Part shown: positions 47,801-58,927 of the stretch, in pieces
How positions within the stretch are numbered: the first letter of the stretch is position 1
How the letters are laid out: the number at the start of each line of letters is the position of its first letter
NCBI GenBank assembly: GCA_964016885.1
Contig: OZ024746.1
Location: forward strand, 40,858,001 to 40,922,000
DNA length: 64,000 nt
DNA from: Eledone cirrhosa
Taxonomy: Eukaryota
Direction of reading: 5' to 3'
Made by a program: the position numbers and the translations under genes
The notes under the pieces: model-generated
Told to the model about the DNA's origin: nothing
Database searches by the model: none
What the model saw: only the letters and a program-made list of their open reading frames with translations

Positions 47801-49667
47801 CACACACGTGTTGGACAGGAGTGAGGAAGGTAAGGGAATGAGTATGCAAGTTGGACATGGACGAGGTGATTGGGATATCTAGCTGACAAAGGAAGGGGTA
47901 AGGAGAAAAATTGGTGCATGCTAGTGTCAACAGTACAGCATAACACCAGAGATCTCGATTATCTAAATAAATTTTAAAGAATTTGATCTAAAAGATGGGG
48001 TTATTTAAACTTTGTGTAATTAAGTTTAATTCTTCTTAACAAATAATAACATTGAAGAGAGTTTATTGAAATTTAATGGGGTTTCTTTTTTATTTTCATC
48101 ATTTCAGATTGGTTATGTTCATGTTGTTGATGCCAGCCCTAAAGAAGAAGCTTGCTGCTTAGCCAGGTTATATCTTATTTCTAATGGCTTCTTTTGATAT
48201 GAAGAATATTTATTGACAGGGTGTTTATACAGTTAAATGCTGACTTCTCAGCTATGATGTAGAAGAAAGTCGACTAAAGCTAAAAGTGTAGTTTGCCTAC
48301 TCAACACTGTTATAAGATTTATAGTGTAGTTTACCTAATCAACTCTGTTAAAAGGTTTATTACAAATAGTGTAGTTTGCCTAATCAACCCTGTTAAAGGG
48401 TTTATAATAAAAATAGTGAAGTTTACCTACTCAACCCTGTTATAGGGTTTATGACAAAAATAGTGAAGTTTGCCTACTCAACAGTTATAAGGTTTATTAA
48501 AAAATTAGTGTATTTTTATTTTTACATTGAGGTATTAATTTGCTGATTATTTTTTTTATTGTAGATTAATAATGGGTGTTACAGAAAGTGGCAAAATAAC
48601 TGCAATGAAAAAAGAAGGGTCTGGAAGTTTAGATCCTGAAAGTATATATGATATGATGGAGGTAATTTATTTTGTTATATAATGCTAATTTTTATTTTTT
48701 TTTTACATTGTGGAAAATGGTGATGACATTAAAACACTAAACAGGATGCCTTTTTCTTTTTAAATTTAATTTGGTATTTTACTGTTTCATATTCAAATCT
48801 TCTTGTTGAAGGCACATGGCTTAGTGGTTAGAGCATTGGGCTCACAATCATGAAGTTGTGAGTTCAATTTATTTCATGTTGCTCTAATTCATTCAGCTGG
48901 AAAAAATTAGATGTACATCACTGGTGCCAAGCTGTATTTGGACAACAAAAAAAAACACCTTGCCTGGTCTTGTCTCAGAGGGGAACTTTAAAGGTGTAAA
49001 CCCGTGGGCTTACAATTCAAACGTTCCTCTGGCCAACTTTACCATTCATTTTCCTGGTTTGATAAAATAAGTGCCAGTATAGTTCAATGAACCATACCTA
49101 ATCCCCATAAATTTAATACAGTTAAATCAAAAGAAATCAATATATTTTGAACAACTGATAGTGAGGAAATAACTATTGGATTTTAGCATTAACTTTTAAT
49201 ACTTAACCATTTCAAGTATGGACATACATGTTTTTTCAGGATAAAAATTTTTTTTTATACATGTCAAAATAACATCCTTACAACAAAGAAAAGTAAATAA
49301 TTTGATTTATACATATTTATTTACTAAAAAAATATTTGTACCAAGCAATTGAAAATAAAAATCCCATCAACTGGACTTTAATATAGAATTGGGATTAACA
49401 GTTCATAAAAAAAAAAAGCAAAACAAACCAATCCAATCCAATATTTTATAAGTCCAGTGATTATTATAAATCTGTCATGCAAGTAAAAAAAAAATGTTCA
49501 TATTAAAATAAGTGTTAGTTTCAAAGTATTAGTTTATCATACCTTGTATTTCTTCATTTCAGACTGGAAAAAAAGTTGGTGAGATGCTTGGAAAGAATTT
49601 GTCTGCCATACTTAAAGAAGAAGAATTATTAGACAAGAAAAAGAAAGCAGTGGGTTTTTTAAAATAA
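35747..49667 (+). CDS. EXOSC7: Exosome complex component RRP42 (RNase PH-like), 9 coding exons, 291 aa
   Basis: Exons 35747-35803, 37776-37877, 38954-39048, 39902-40067, 42519-42589, 43867-43990, 48108-48166, 48565-48661, 49563-49667. All introns are GT-AG and in phase; total 876 nt. Translation MADVLLSDAEKVFILHGIQDNLREDGRGCDDYRYMELETDVVSNTSGSARLRL...CSANATPEFEGRGG...CWILYVDILLLECGGNLFDAVSVAVKAALFNTRIP...GSLDPESIYDMMETGKKVG...AVGFLK* matches RRP42 as I recall it. Confidence 0.97.
36713..37270 (-). mobile_element. 3' remnant of a Ty3/Gypsy LTR retrotransposon (integrase tail, PPT, 151-bp 3' LTR) in EXOSC7 intron 1
   Basis: On the minus strand, CYTVRMHRDCRLIRCNKQHL resembles RSYxVxT..G..RRNRRHL. 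PPT aaggggga abuts TGTAA (36863). The LTR contains AATAAA and ends ..acaaCA (36713). Confidence 0.65.
37776..37877 (+). CDS. EXOSC7: EXOSC7 coding exon 2 (DNLREDGRG...SGSARLRL)
   Basis: ttag| acceptor, |gtaagt donor, RxDGR motif. Confidence 0.95.
38954..39048 (+). CDS. EXOSC7: EXOSC7 coding exon 3 (ANTDVLVGVKAE...LEFFVD)
   Basis: ttccag| acceptor, |gtaaga donor. Confidence 0.95.
39902..40067 (+). CDS. EXOSC7: EXOSC7 coding exon 4 (SANATPEFEGRGG...CWILYVDIL)
   Basis: tttcag| acceptor, |gtaagg donor. Confidence 0.95.
42519..42589 (+). CDS. EXOSC7: EXOSC7 coding exon 5 (LLECGGNLFDAVSVAVKAALFNT)
   Basis: ttctag| acceptor, |gtaaat donor. Confidence 0.95.
43867..43990 (+). CDS. EXOSC7: EXOSC7 coding exon 6 (IPNVSVLKG...SDDPYD...CLVTLSK)
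   Basis: ttag| acceptor after a poly-T tract, |gtcagt donor. Confidence 0.95.
44140..45180 (+). mobile_element. Degenerate Expander/RTE LINE fragment in EXOSC7 intron 6
   Basis: QVFEKSQEYCKEVYACFVDFEKVYD..EYGIDG..FNVGVRLHKRCILSTLLFIIFM, with multiple stops. Confidence 0.8.
45492..47545 (+). mobile_element. 5'-truncated, degenerate RTE LINE (same family as 55330-58927) in EXOSC7 intron 6
   Basis: Frameshifted ORF pieces (FVDLEKAFDRV, GVHQGSVLSP, GKWPCSVCRKG, GRPKKTW), an in-frame TGA, an internal deletion, and a (GAT)n tail. Confidence 0.92.
48108..48166 (+). CDS. EXOSC7: EXOSC7 coding exon 7 (IGYVHVVDASPKEEACCLA)
   Basis: tttcag| acceptor, ag|gttata donor, VVDA..EE motif. Confidence 0.93.
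48285..48510. repeat. ~41-bp minisatellite, about 5 copies, in EXOSC7 intron 7
   Basis: Recurrent tagtg(t/a)agttt(g/a)ccta(c/a)tcaac..tgtta. Confidence 0.85.
48565..48661 (+). CDS. EXOSC7: EXOSC7 coding exon 8 (LIMGVTESGKITAMKKEGSGSLDPESIYDMME)
   Basis: ttgtag| acceptor, |gtaatt donor. Confidence 0.94.
49563..49667 (+). CDS. EXOSC7: EXOSC7 coding exon 9 (TGKKVG...AVGFLK*)
   Basis: tttcag| acceptor, TAA stop at 49665-49667. Confidence 0.94.
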   Translation, partial: TGKKVGEMLGKNLSAILKEEELLDKKKKAVGFLK

Positions 49668-51665
49668 TTTTACTGTACATCAAGCTTTGTTCTTTTATAA
49701 AAAGTGAAATACATGGTATTAAAAAAAAAAAGGGACTATGTTGTGATTTGTTTTCTACAAAAATGATGTTATTCATTTACAGTAGAACATTGCAGTTATT
49801 TGTTCATAAAATAGTGCCAGAATCATATTTTCCAAAATAGTATATAATCATTTCATTTAAAATCTGAAATGTGTGCGTCCCAACATAAATGATCACAACA
49901 GTTGATCACTTCAAATAATAGTTGAGAAAATCGGGTGAAGCATCCCTGGAGAGGGAAAAATGTGGATAGATGTACCTGCAAGAAAGTGAATCTTGCACCA
50001 CTTATATTTCCCAAAGCTTCTCAGGTCAGCTGCTTTGTTTACATTTCACTTAAGCTTTTTTTTTTGTTTTTTTCTTGTTAGAGGAATACTGATAGGAAAA
50101 CAATTGAAATGAGGTTAACATTTCTAATACTTGTTTTACCCATCTAATTTTATCTTCTTGCCCACTAGGAGGGCTGTGGGACAGAGCATGCGTTCCAATT
50201 TTTAACTTTTGCTTTTTTGCTTGAATATGATTCTGCTTTGCACTGTCAACTTTTAGGATAAATCACCATCATGTATAATTAAATCAAAGTTTTTTTTTTA
50301 CAGTTCGATGGCTTTCCTTATCAACCATTGTGTATGAAGGCAATGTAAAACACTATATTTACCTGTCTTCAAAATTAGATATATTGATAAAACCTGGTAA
50401 TTTTATGAGACGCTAGATAAAAGAAGGCAACTATAATATTCTTTATATATTATAGGTAGTACATAACATGAGGTGAAGGTGGGGGACACATTCCAAGAGG
50501 TGTTAGGTTTAACAACAATATAAGACTAATAATTAGAAAATAACTTCCACACACTTATAAAACCACAAACCTCAATGTTTCCAGTGAATTCAATGGAAAA
50601 AGATTAGTATATCACATTCAAAGTATGTGTTTGTTTTTTTAAATATCTTACTCCAGATGAACTGTAATGTCAGCAGGTTTCAAAGAAAATATTTGCTTAA
50701 GCCGAAGTTATATCTTTATATATAGGTATCAATCATTAATTATCATTTGAGATTGAACTTAATTTCTGAATACAAAAGATGATCTAACAGCATATCTTTT
50801 TCTTTTAATAAAACTATTATAATTGAATTTCATGATTTACTTTGTAACATGAAATGGGGAAAACAATACAAATAGTAGGACTTTGTAAAAGTCATTGGTT
50901 TTATATAACAATCCTGTCCTGTGTCATAAAGTAACTATCTCTTTATGTCTGCTCTGGTTACTGATGACAAATAATTTGTATCTAACTAAACAAATGCACT
51001 TTTCTATTCCACTCTTCAACATTTTGTTGGGATGAGAAGCAGATGTATTCTTTAAGTTTCATCAAATGTTTAAAAGCAAGTAAATCTTCCATTATATTTC
51101 TTTATGTCACAAAAGATGTTTTGACAAGATGAAAAGTTGTTTAAAAAGCTTCAAAATAGGTCTCTGTTATTATACAACTTAAGGCATGTCTTCCAAATGA
51201 ATATTTAGTGACTAATGTAAATAACTTGTAAAACTTTAATTCAACCAGCTTAGTTTCCTTTCTGTTTGAAAGAATGCATTTAAATTTAAGAAGCAAGCTT
51301 GCACTGCAACTGCATTAATATTAAATTACCAAAGATTAAGAAGTGGGGCGAGTGCAAGGTTTAAAGTTGATTTACCTTACATTTGGTAGTGATGGAAAAG
51401 GCATACAAAAGGTCGTCTTGAAAAGAATAGAAATTCCTTGTTATAAATTGTCAAAATAAAGGAATTAAAAAAAAAAGTTGTATAAAAATGAAACTAATAA
51501 TGGATGTCAAGAAAGATAAACAAAATTGCTTAAATACACCTAATTGATACAAAAAGGATAGGCTGCAAATGCAGGCACAACCCAGGAATGGTGATATTAG
51601 CTTTATTGTTTTAGTGATATGTGAATGTAAGTGGATACAAATGCAAATATCTTATCTGTTTTGAT

Positions 51666-52875
51666 TTAGCAAACTGTGTTTGATTCGAAAGCGCAAGAAT
51701 TATTGTCTAGTTCGTTACAACTTTTGCCAAGTTCATTCTCAGAACTGCTTAAAGTGATAATGGATGAAAAACTGCTGGAAAGAGATGATGCAGAAGAGCA
51801 AGAAGCTGTTTGTACTAATTGCTTTGCAGTATCCAGATAGTAACATTTGGCAATAGGATTCTGGGCATAAGAATTTCTTGAAAATGATTCTCTCTCAATG
51901 GACAGTTTAAGTTTATCGTATTCCCAATTCACAGATTTACAGTCACAGGAAGTAGAATTGCATTTGTCATTTTGCAGATTGTCAAAGACAGTTGTTTCTT
52001 CTGAATCACTTAATACTACTGGAATCTGAATGAAATCCTCATCATCGTCGTCAGAAATCAGTATAAAATGTGAGCAATTGTTACAGTCACAGCTATCTAA
52101 AGGATCAACAACAGAATTCTCTTTGTTGAAATAATTACAGTTTTGTTTAGCTTTAGAAATATAAGCCATTGTAGAGTTAGTAACCATCTCCTCAGTGATG
52201 TTAGTTATTTGATCAGTCTCTCTACTTCTATCCAGATATCTACTGGATGGGTTCATTAAATCGTCAACCACATTATTACCCTTCATAGTCAAGTCAACAA
52301 TCTTAGTTCTTTTATGGGGACCATTTTCACAAGTTCTCCTTGGCATAGTCCATGGTGGTACAGCAATGTCAGCTTTCATATCAGAACGCAATCTTCTGCG
52401 ATTCTGATGTTTGGATGGTGAAGATGAAGGTGCAACAGTCTTACCACGCCTACGCAGAACATAGGGAACATTTTGTGGGGTTTGGGAATTCTTCTTTAAA
52501 CTACTTTTCGCACAGAGCTTTGTCTGGTTTTTTATGTCAACAAGAACATCAGCTTCAGAGCTTTCTTGTTTTCTGCGGTGTTTCTGGAATGCTGTTTTTA
52601 ATTTTGGAGTGAGGTCTAATGAAGTGTCTGAATATTGCAATGAAGAGCCACCTTCATATTCTTTGTTTACTGTATCTGAACATGTTGCTACAGGACTTGC
52701 TGGAGAGTTAGAAAGTTGAGAACTATTGCAAGAAGACACACTACCAGATTCTAAGGCTTCAGCCAATGTAAGAGTAGCAGATTTTTTCTTCCTGCTTCGT
52801 TTAAACATACCTCGTTTCCAGAAATTTCTCCGACTAATTCTTATTTTGCTGCTCCTATAAGATACTGGAGTGGTA

Positions 52876-52906
<31 letters not shown>

Positions 52907-53387
52907 TACTATCATTAGCAGATTGACTGTCACTATCATCTCTAACATCCGTGTTACTATTTAGTGGTGTCGAGCGCTTTACAGGAAGTTTACGGCTTAC
53001 ACATTCATTTGGACATAGCTTTGGTGTAGACTTGCTAGCTGGCATGTCTACTGAATAGTCGGTTGGTTTTGGTGAACATTTCTTCTTTTTACGTTCTTTC
53101 CGCAGTTCAGCGTCAATAACTTCACAAGGTGGACATGACCATCGTGTGGGCCGAGAGAGCGACTTGTTGGAGATGCAGCCCAAATGACACCCTTGAGAGC
53201 CACACCAATGGCACACAATAATTTCCCATTTGCTGTCATCTTTGTTATACTTCCGACCTTGTGGACACAAACAAACATCAAGGTCACAATGCGTGTATGG
53301 TTCTAGCAGCTCTTGGTAGGCATGAGGTTCCATTTCCCAAGCAGCATCTTGCTCAGGAATATAGATTCCAATTTGTAACATCTCAGC
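51666..53387 (-). CDS. G2E3: Terminal coding exon of a G2E3/PHF7/pineapple-eye-like PHD-finger protein (third PHD plus a long low-complexity tail)
   Basis: ttgcag| acceptor (53388-53390). AEMLQIGIYIPEQDAAWEMEPHAYQELL..CDLDVCLCPQGR..KWEIIVCHWCGSQGCHLGC..WSCPPC matches the G2E3/PHF7 PHD3 region. The ORF stays open to the stop at 51666. Confidence 0.88.
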
Positions 53388-53523
53388 CTGCAATATTTGA
53401 GAAACACTTGGTGAAAAATCAAAGCAAATTTAAAAAGCTGAAGTCTGAAAAGAAAAAGAAAGTAATTAGGAACAACTTGAATATTTCCTTTTTTTTTTAA
53501 TTCTGGGGAAGTATTATTATTAA

Positions 53524-53716
53524 TGGCGGTGGATTGGCAGTATTGGTAGAGGGTTGGACGTCATGCTTTGCAACATAGAGTTACGGCCCTTTATGGTCTG
53601 AGTTTAAATCCCGCCGAGGTTAACTTTACCTTTCATCCTTACAGGGTTGATAAAACAAAATAGCAGTAATGCACTGGGAAAATAGCTGGCCTTGTGCCCA
53701 AAGTAGAAACAATTAT
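53524..53716 (+). mobile_element. Full-length tRNA-derived SINE (about 20 copies or fragments of this family in the window)
   Basis: A-box-like tggcagtattgg, B-box gagtttaaatccc, core cctttcatcctt..gataaaa, 3' gctggccttgtgcc..gtagaaacaattatt. Confidence 0.85.
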
Positions 53717-53724
53717 TATATATA

Positions 53725-54428
53725 TACACACACACAAGAGGAAAGAGAAAATTTAAAATTTATGAGACCAATAGAGATATGTACATTTATATATTTATAT
53801 CTAGATATTGCTATCATCATTTACAGTCCCTCTGTGTTTAATGTATGTTCATTAGTATATGTGTGGTTATTTCTGCTTGCATTTTGCATATATACATATA
53901 TATATCTTCTTGATATAGGGAGCAGCAGCTGTTAGGGCAAGACGTGTTTTCTTGGGCTCTGCTAGAGTCAGCAGCAACACACAACCATGTGTTGCTACAC
54001 ACACACAAGAGGAAAGAGAAAATTTAAAATTTATGAGACCAATAGAGATATGTACATTTATATATTTATATCTAGATATTGCTATCATCATTTACAGTCC
54101 CTCTGTGTTTAATGTATGTTCATTAGTATATGTGTTGTTATTTCTGCTTGCATTTTGCATATATACATATATATATCTATATATATGCTTGCGTGGACCC
54201 CTCTCAAAAATTCGTTGGATTTTCTAATTGGATACCCCAACACTGGATACCAACACTGAATACACCTGAACTTCTACCAGGAAATCTTTCGTTGTCATTT
54301 CTGCTTGCATTTTACATATATAGATATATATATCAATGGTTGCGTGGACCCCTCTTAAAGATTCGTTGGATTTTCTAATTGGATACCAATCACTGAATAC
54401 ACCTGAACTTCTACCAGGAAATCTTTCA
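53725..54428. repeat. Two overlapping local duplications (271-bp period, then ~155-bp period)
   Basis: caagaggaaagagaaaatt at 53735 and 54006; gcgtggacccctct..tacacctgaacttctaccaggaaatctttc occurs twice. Confidence 0.85.
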
Positions 54429-55329
54429 TATCAGTGAAAAATTTTCTTTTCTTTGCTTCATATATATTATATATACTTGGCCGCCATTGCAAAAGGCCAT
54501 AAATTCAAAATTTTGAAGAGAGAGGAAAAGAGAGAAGTGATCTATGAACTTGTAACATCTCACTGACCCCCCCCCCCCCGTCACCACAATAACAATAACG
54601 CCTACACTCGCTCCCCACCATCACCACATTACTCTAAGGTCGCTGTCCTGTCCCCTGTTGACATACTGCTGACTCTCTTTTGATGTATGTATGTGTATAT
54701 ACATATGTGTATGTGTGTGTATGTGTATATCTCTGTGGATGCGACCAGATTTCAACACAGCAACAACTACAACAACAACAGCAGCAACACCAACAACAAC
54801 AACAACAGCAACAACACCATCGTCTGTGTTGAATGTGTGTGTATGTATTTGTATATATGCGACAGCAATAACAGCATCAACACCATTGTCTGCAGCAACA
54901 GCAGCAGTGAAATGAAGGACAACAACAACAGTAACAACTACAATAACAACTACAGCACCAACAACTGTCACCACCATCACTGACCATCCACCACCACCAC
55001 GCTGATACCATCCACCACCACCACACTCACACCATCCACCACCGCCATTACCAGCGTAAACAAACAATTATTATTGTTATTGTTATTATATACAAGCCGA
55101 ACTGGACTGGGAAAGGTCAACAGTTGACATGATAGTGATTTTGACGATTTTGACTTTGATTTTGATTTTGTATCAGTACTGTCGGTAATATATGTATATA
55201 TATATATGTGTTTGTGAGTTGTGTGTGTGATTGTATGCATGAATGAGTGTTGGTATGTGTGGTTGTGGTTTGTATGCATGAGTATTAGTGTGTGAGTCGT
55301 GTCAATAAGTTTTTTTTTTTTTTTTTAAA

Positions 55330-58300
55330 TGACCATGCTGTAAAATGGAGGGGTAGAGAGGGCCCTTGAGTCTAGTAAGACATCCTCTCTAGTGCTGGTG
55401 GCACAAATAAAAGCACCCAGTCCATGCTGTAAAGTGGCGCTGGTGTTAGGAAGGGCATCCAACCAGTGTATCAATGCCAAAAAGCTTATCAGCACAGCAA
55501 CAAAACAGCATAGAAAAAAATATGAAGACGTCGCATCTCAGAGTTGCAACACTTAATGTTGGCACTCTCAGAGGTAGATCTGCTGAAATAGCGGAGATGC
55601 TGGAGAGAAGGCAGGTGGATGTGTGCTGCGTGCAAGAGGTGAGATGGAGAGGTGCCTCTGCGAGACTAGTCGTAGGCAAGCGTCTTAGCTATAAGCTATT
55701 CTGGGTAGGTAAGGATGATGGGTTAGGGGGAGTAGGCATTTTCCTGGCTGAGAAATGGATCAATAAGACAATAGAGGTAGTTCGAGTTAGTAATCGAATA
55801 ATTAAGCTTAGATTAGTTGTAGGTAGGAGACTACTGACAATCATCTCGGTCTATGCTCCCCAAGCAGGCCTAGGCAAAGATGAGAAAGACTGCTTTTATG
55901 AGCAACTTTTGCAAACAACCACAATGACAGAGGACGGAGACATCGTTATGCTAGCAGGAGACTTCAATGGTCATGTTGGACAGCTCCAGGATGGTTACAC
56001 TGGGGTACATGGTGGGCATGGTTACGGTTCAAGAAATGAAGAAGGAGTGAGACTTCTTGAATTTTGTGATCAATAAGACAATAGAGGTAGTTCGAGTTAG
56101 TAATCGAATAATTAAGCTTAGATTAGTTGTAGGTAGGAGACTACTGACAATCATCTCGGTCTATGCTCCCCAAGCAGGCCTAGGCAAAGATGAGAAAGAC
56201 TGCTTTTATGAGCAACTTTTGCAAACAACCACAATGACAGAGGACGGAGACATCGTTATGCTAGCAGGAGACTTCAATGGTCATGTTGGACAGCTCCAGG
56301 ATGGTTACACTGGGGTACATGGTGGGCATGGTTACGGTTCAAGAAATGAAGAAGGAGTGAGACTTCTTGAATTTTGTGATGCAAGTACATTGACTATTTG
56401 CAACACAAACTTCCAGAAACCTGCCAATCACCTAATAACCTACAAATCTGGTGAGCACATAAGCCAGATTGACTTCCTGCTAGTTAGGCAGCGGGACAGG
56501 CAGATAGTGTCTAATACCAAGGCATACCCTGGGGAAGAATGTACCCCACAGCATAGGTTAGTTGTTAGTGATATCTCAGTAAGCAAGAGATGGAATGAGC
56601 CATATAGGAAGGTGTGGAGAAGAAAGGTCTGGAAGCTAAAAGACCTTTCACTAAAATTCAAATTTAGGAAAGCCCTTCAAGATGTATATGACGAAAAAGA
56701 AGACGATTTAGAGACGTATGACATAGATAATAACTGGAAGTTCTTACGTGACAACTTGCTGAAGGCTACTGATGAAACTTGTGGCTGGAGCAGAGCCCCA
56801 ACCAGACAGAGAGTGACCTGGTGGTGGAACAGCAGTGTAGATAAGGCTATTAGAGACAAAAGACTAGCATGGAAGGCTTGGAATAAGGGTGGGAGTAGGG
56901 AAGAATATACAGCCACTAAGAGAGAAGCTAGACGTCAGGTGTACTTAGCACGCAGGGAGGCAGAGAGTAGGAGGTTTGCCAATGTTCTGCGACGGGAAGA
57001 TCAGAGGCGTGCGGTGTTCCACATTGCAAGGCAGTGTGTCAATGCAAATCAGGATGTTGTTGGTGATAAATGTGTCCGGGATGATGCCGGTGTACTTAGT
57101 GTCACGAATGACCAGAAAAAGAAGGCCTGGAAATGCCATTATGAGAGACTGATGAATGTGGAGAACGAATGGGAGAGAGAGAAATTACCCTTGGTAGATC
57201 CGACAGAGGGACCAGCTATTGAGAATGACGAATATAGGGTCCAAGAGGCGATTAGGGAAATGAAAAATGGTAAGGCGGCCGGACCATCGGGAATAGTTGC
57301 TGAGATGCTGAAGGCATCAGGGGACGTAGGCACTAAACTGGTTGCACGCATAATCAATCAGGCTATATATGGTGGTGTCATACCCAAAGACTGGTGCAGC
57401 AGTATTCTCATAAATTGCTACAAAGGTAAAGGGGATGCTTTGGAGAGGAGCAATTATAGGGGTATAAAACTGATAGATCAGGTTATGAAAGTGGCAGAAA
57501 GGATTTTAGCACAACTAATTAGAGAAAGGGTCAAACTAGATGAGATGCAGTTTGGTTTTGTGCCTGGGAAGAGTACAACAGATGCCCTCTTCTTGGTGAG
57601 ACAAATGCAAGAGAGGTTCTTAGAGAAGAATAAGCCACTATACTTGGCCTTTGTTGACCTAGAGAAGGCCTTTGATAGGGTACCCCGATCTGTCATCTGG
57701 TGGTCCCTAAGGAAGCTGGGTGTTGAGGAATGGCTTGTAAGGACAGTGCAAACTTTGTACAGAGGTACTCTCAGTAAAGTCAGGGTAGGAATGGAGTTTA
57801 GTGAGGAATTCCAGATACAAGTAGGAGTACATCAGGGTTCGGTCCTCAGCCCGCTCTTGTTCATTATAGTCCTCCAAGCCATAACAGAGGAGTTTAAGAC
57901 TGGCTGTCCATGGGAACTTCTCTATGCTGACGATCTGGCTCTTATGGCAGAATCAGTAGAGGAGCTAGAGAATAAATTCCGGCTATGGAAACAGCAGTTG
58001 GAAGCAAGAGGACTGAGAGTAAATCTAGCTAAGACAAAAGTGTTGATGAGTAGAAAAGAGGACAAAACCCTGATTCCGTCAGGGAAATGGCCATGTTCGA
58101 TATGCAGAAAAGGAACTGGCATAAATTCTATAAAATGCACACAATGTAGGTCCTGGGTACACAAGAGATGTAGCGGGATAGCAGGCAAACTAACAGGTAG
58201 GGAGAAATATGTATGCAGTAGATGTACAGGGAAATTAGACAGTAGAAGTCGCACTGATAGACACATTTTTCAAATGCGAGAGGGCGCTATAGAAGTGGTG

Positions 58301-58927
58301 GATAGCTTCCGGTACCTAGGAGATCAGATTAGCATGGGAGGAGGGTGTTCCGAGGCCATAGTATCTAGAATAAGGACGGGTTGGAAGAAGTTTAGGGAGC
58401 TGCTTCCTCTGTTGACGAAGAAGGGTTTCTCCCTGCGTACGAAAGGCCGGTTGTATGATGCCTGTGTGAGGAGCGCGATGCTGCATGGTAGTGAGACATG
58501 GGCAGCTACCGCAGAAGATATGCGACGGCTGGAGAGAAATGAGGCAAGCATGCTCCGTTGGATGTGCAGTGTAAATGTGCGTGAACGACCCAGCATAAAT
58601 GTGTTGAGAGAGAAACTGTGTCTGAGAGGGATAGAATGTAGTGTACGGGAGAGGAGACTGAGGTGGTATGGACATGTGATGCGCATGGAGGATGACCGAT
58701 GGGTGAAGAAGTGCCAGGAAATGCCAGTTGAAGGAAGACGTAGTAGAGGTAGACCACGAAAAACATGGGCGGAGGTGGTGAGAACAGACCTCAGATCATT
58801 GAAGCTCACGGTGGAGATGACGAGGGACCGTGACGAGTGGAGAGATGCTGTGCTGAATAAGACCCGTCCCACCCTTGCAAGCAGGGAAAAGCGGACGTAA
58901 AATGATGATGATGATGATGATGATGAT
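55330..58927 (+). mobile_element. Full-length RTE-clade LINE (APE endonuclease + RT + PHD-like Zn finger) with (GAT)n tail, antisense in an intron of the G2E3-like gene
   Basis: ATLNVGTL, VQEVRW, YAPQ, GDFNGHVG, IDFLL, QHRLV (APE); QFGF, FVDLEKAFDRV, GVHQGSVLSP, LYADD, FRYLG (RT); GRPRKTW. The stop is followed directly by (GAT)n. Confidence 0.95.
55474..58900 (+). pseudogene. RTE ORF split into 200-aa and 947-aa frames by a 310-bp internal tandem duplication
   Basis: 55761-56070 is repeated at 56071-56380. Removing one copy gives a single 3117-nt frame (1038 aa from ATG 55474). Confidence 0.9.

Noticed and set aside
48285-48510. Regularly spaced repeats resembling a CRISPR array (also 4411-4590, 22980-23290)
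   Set aside because: Degenerate tandem units without unique spacers, eukaryotic context, no cas genes.
54621-55067. 148-aa Val/Gly-rich ORF
   Set aside because: Derived from (CAA)/(CAG)/(CAC) low-complexity repeats.
56440-58872. Minus-strand ORFs opposite the RTE (and opposite the Naiad ORF at 19831-20439)
   Set aside because: Antisense shadows of long coding frames with no motifs.
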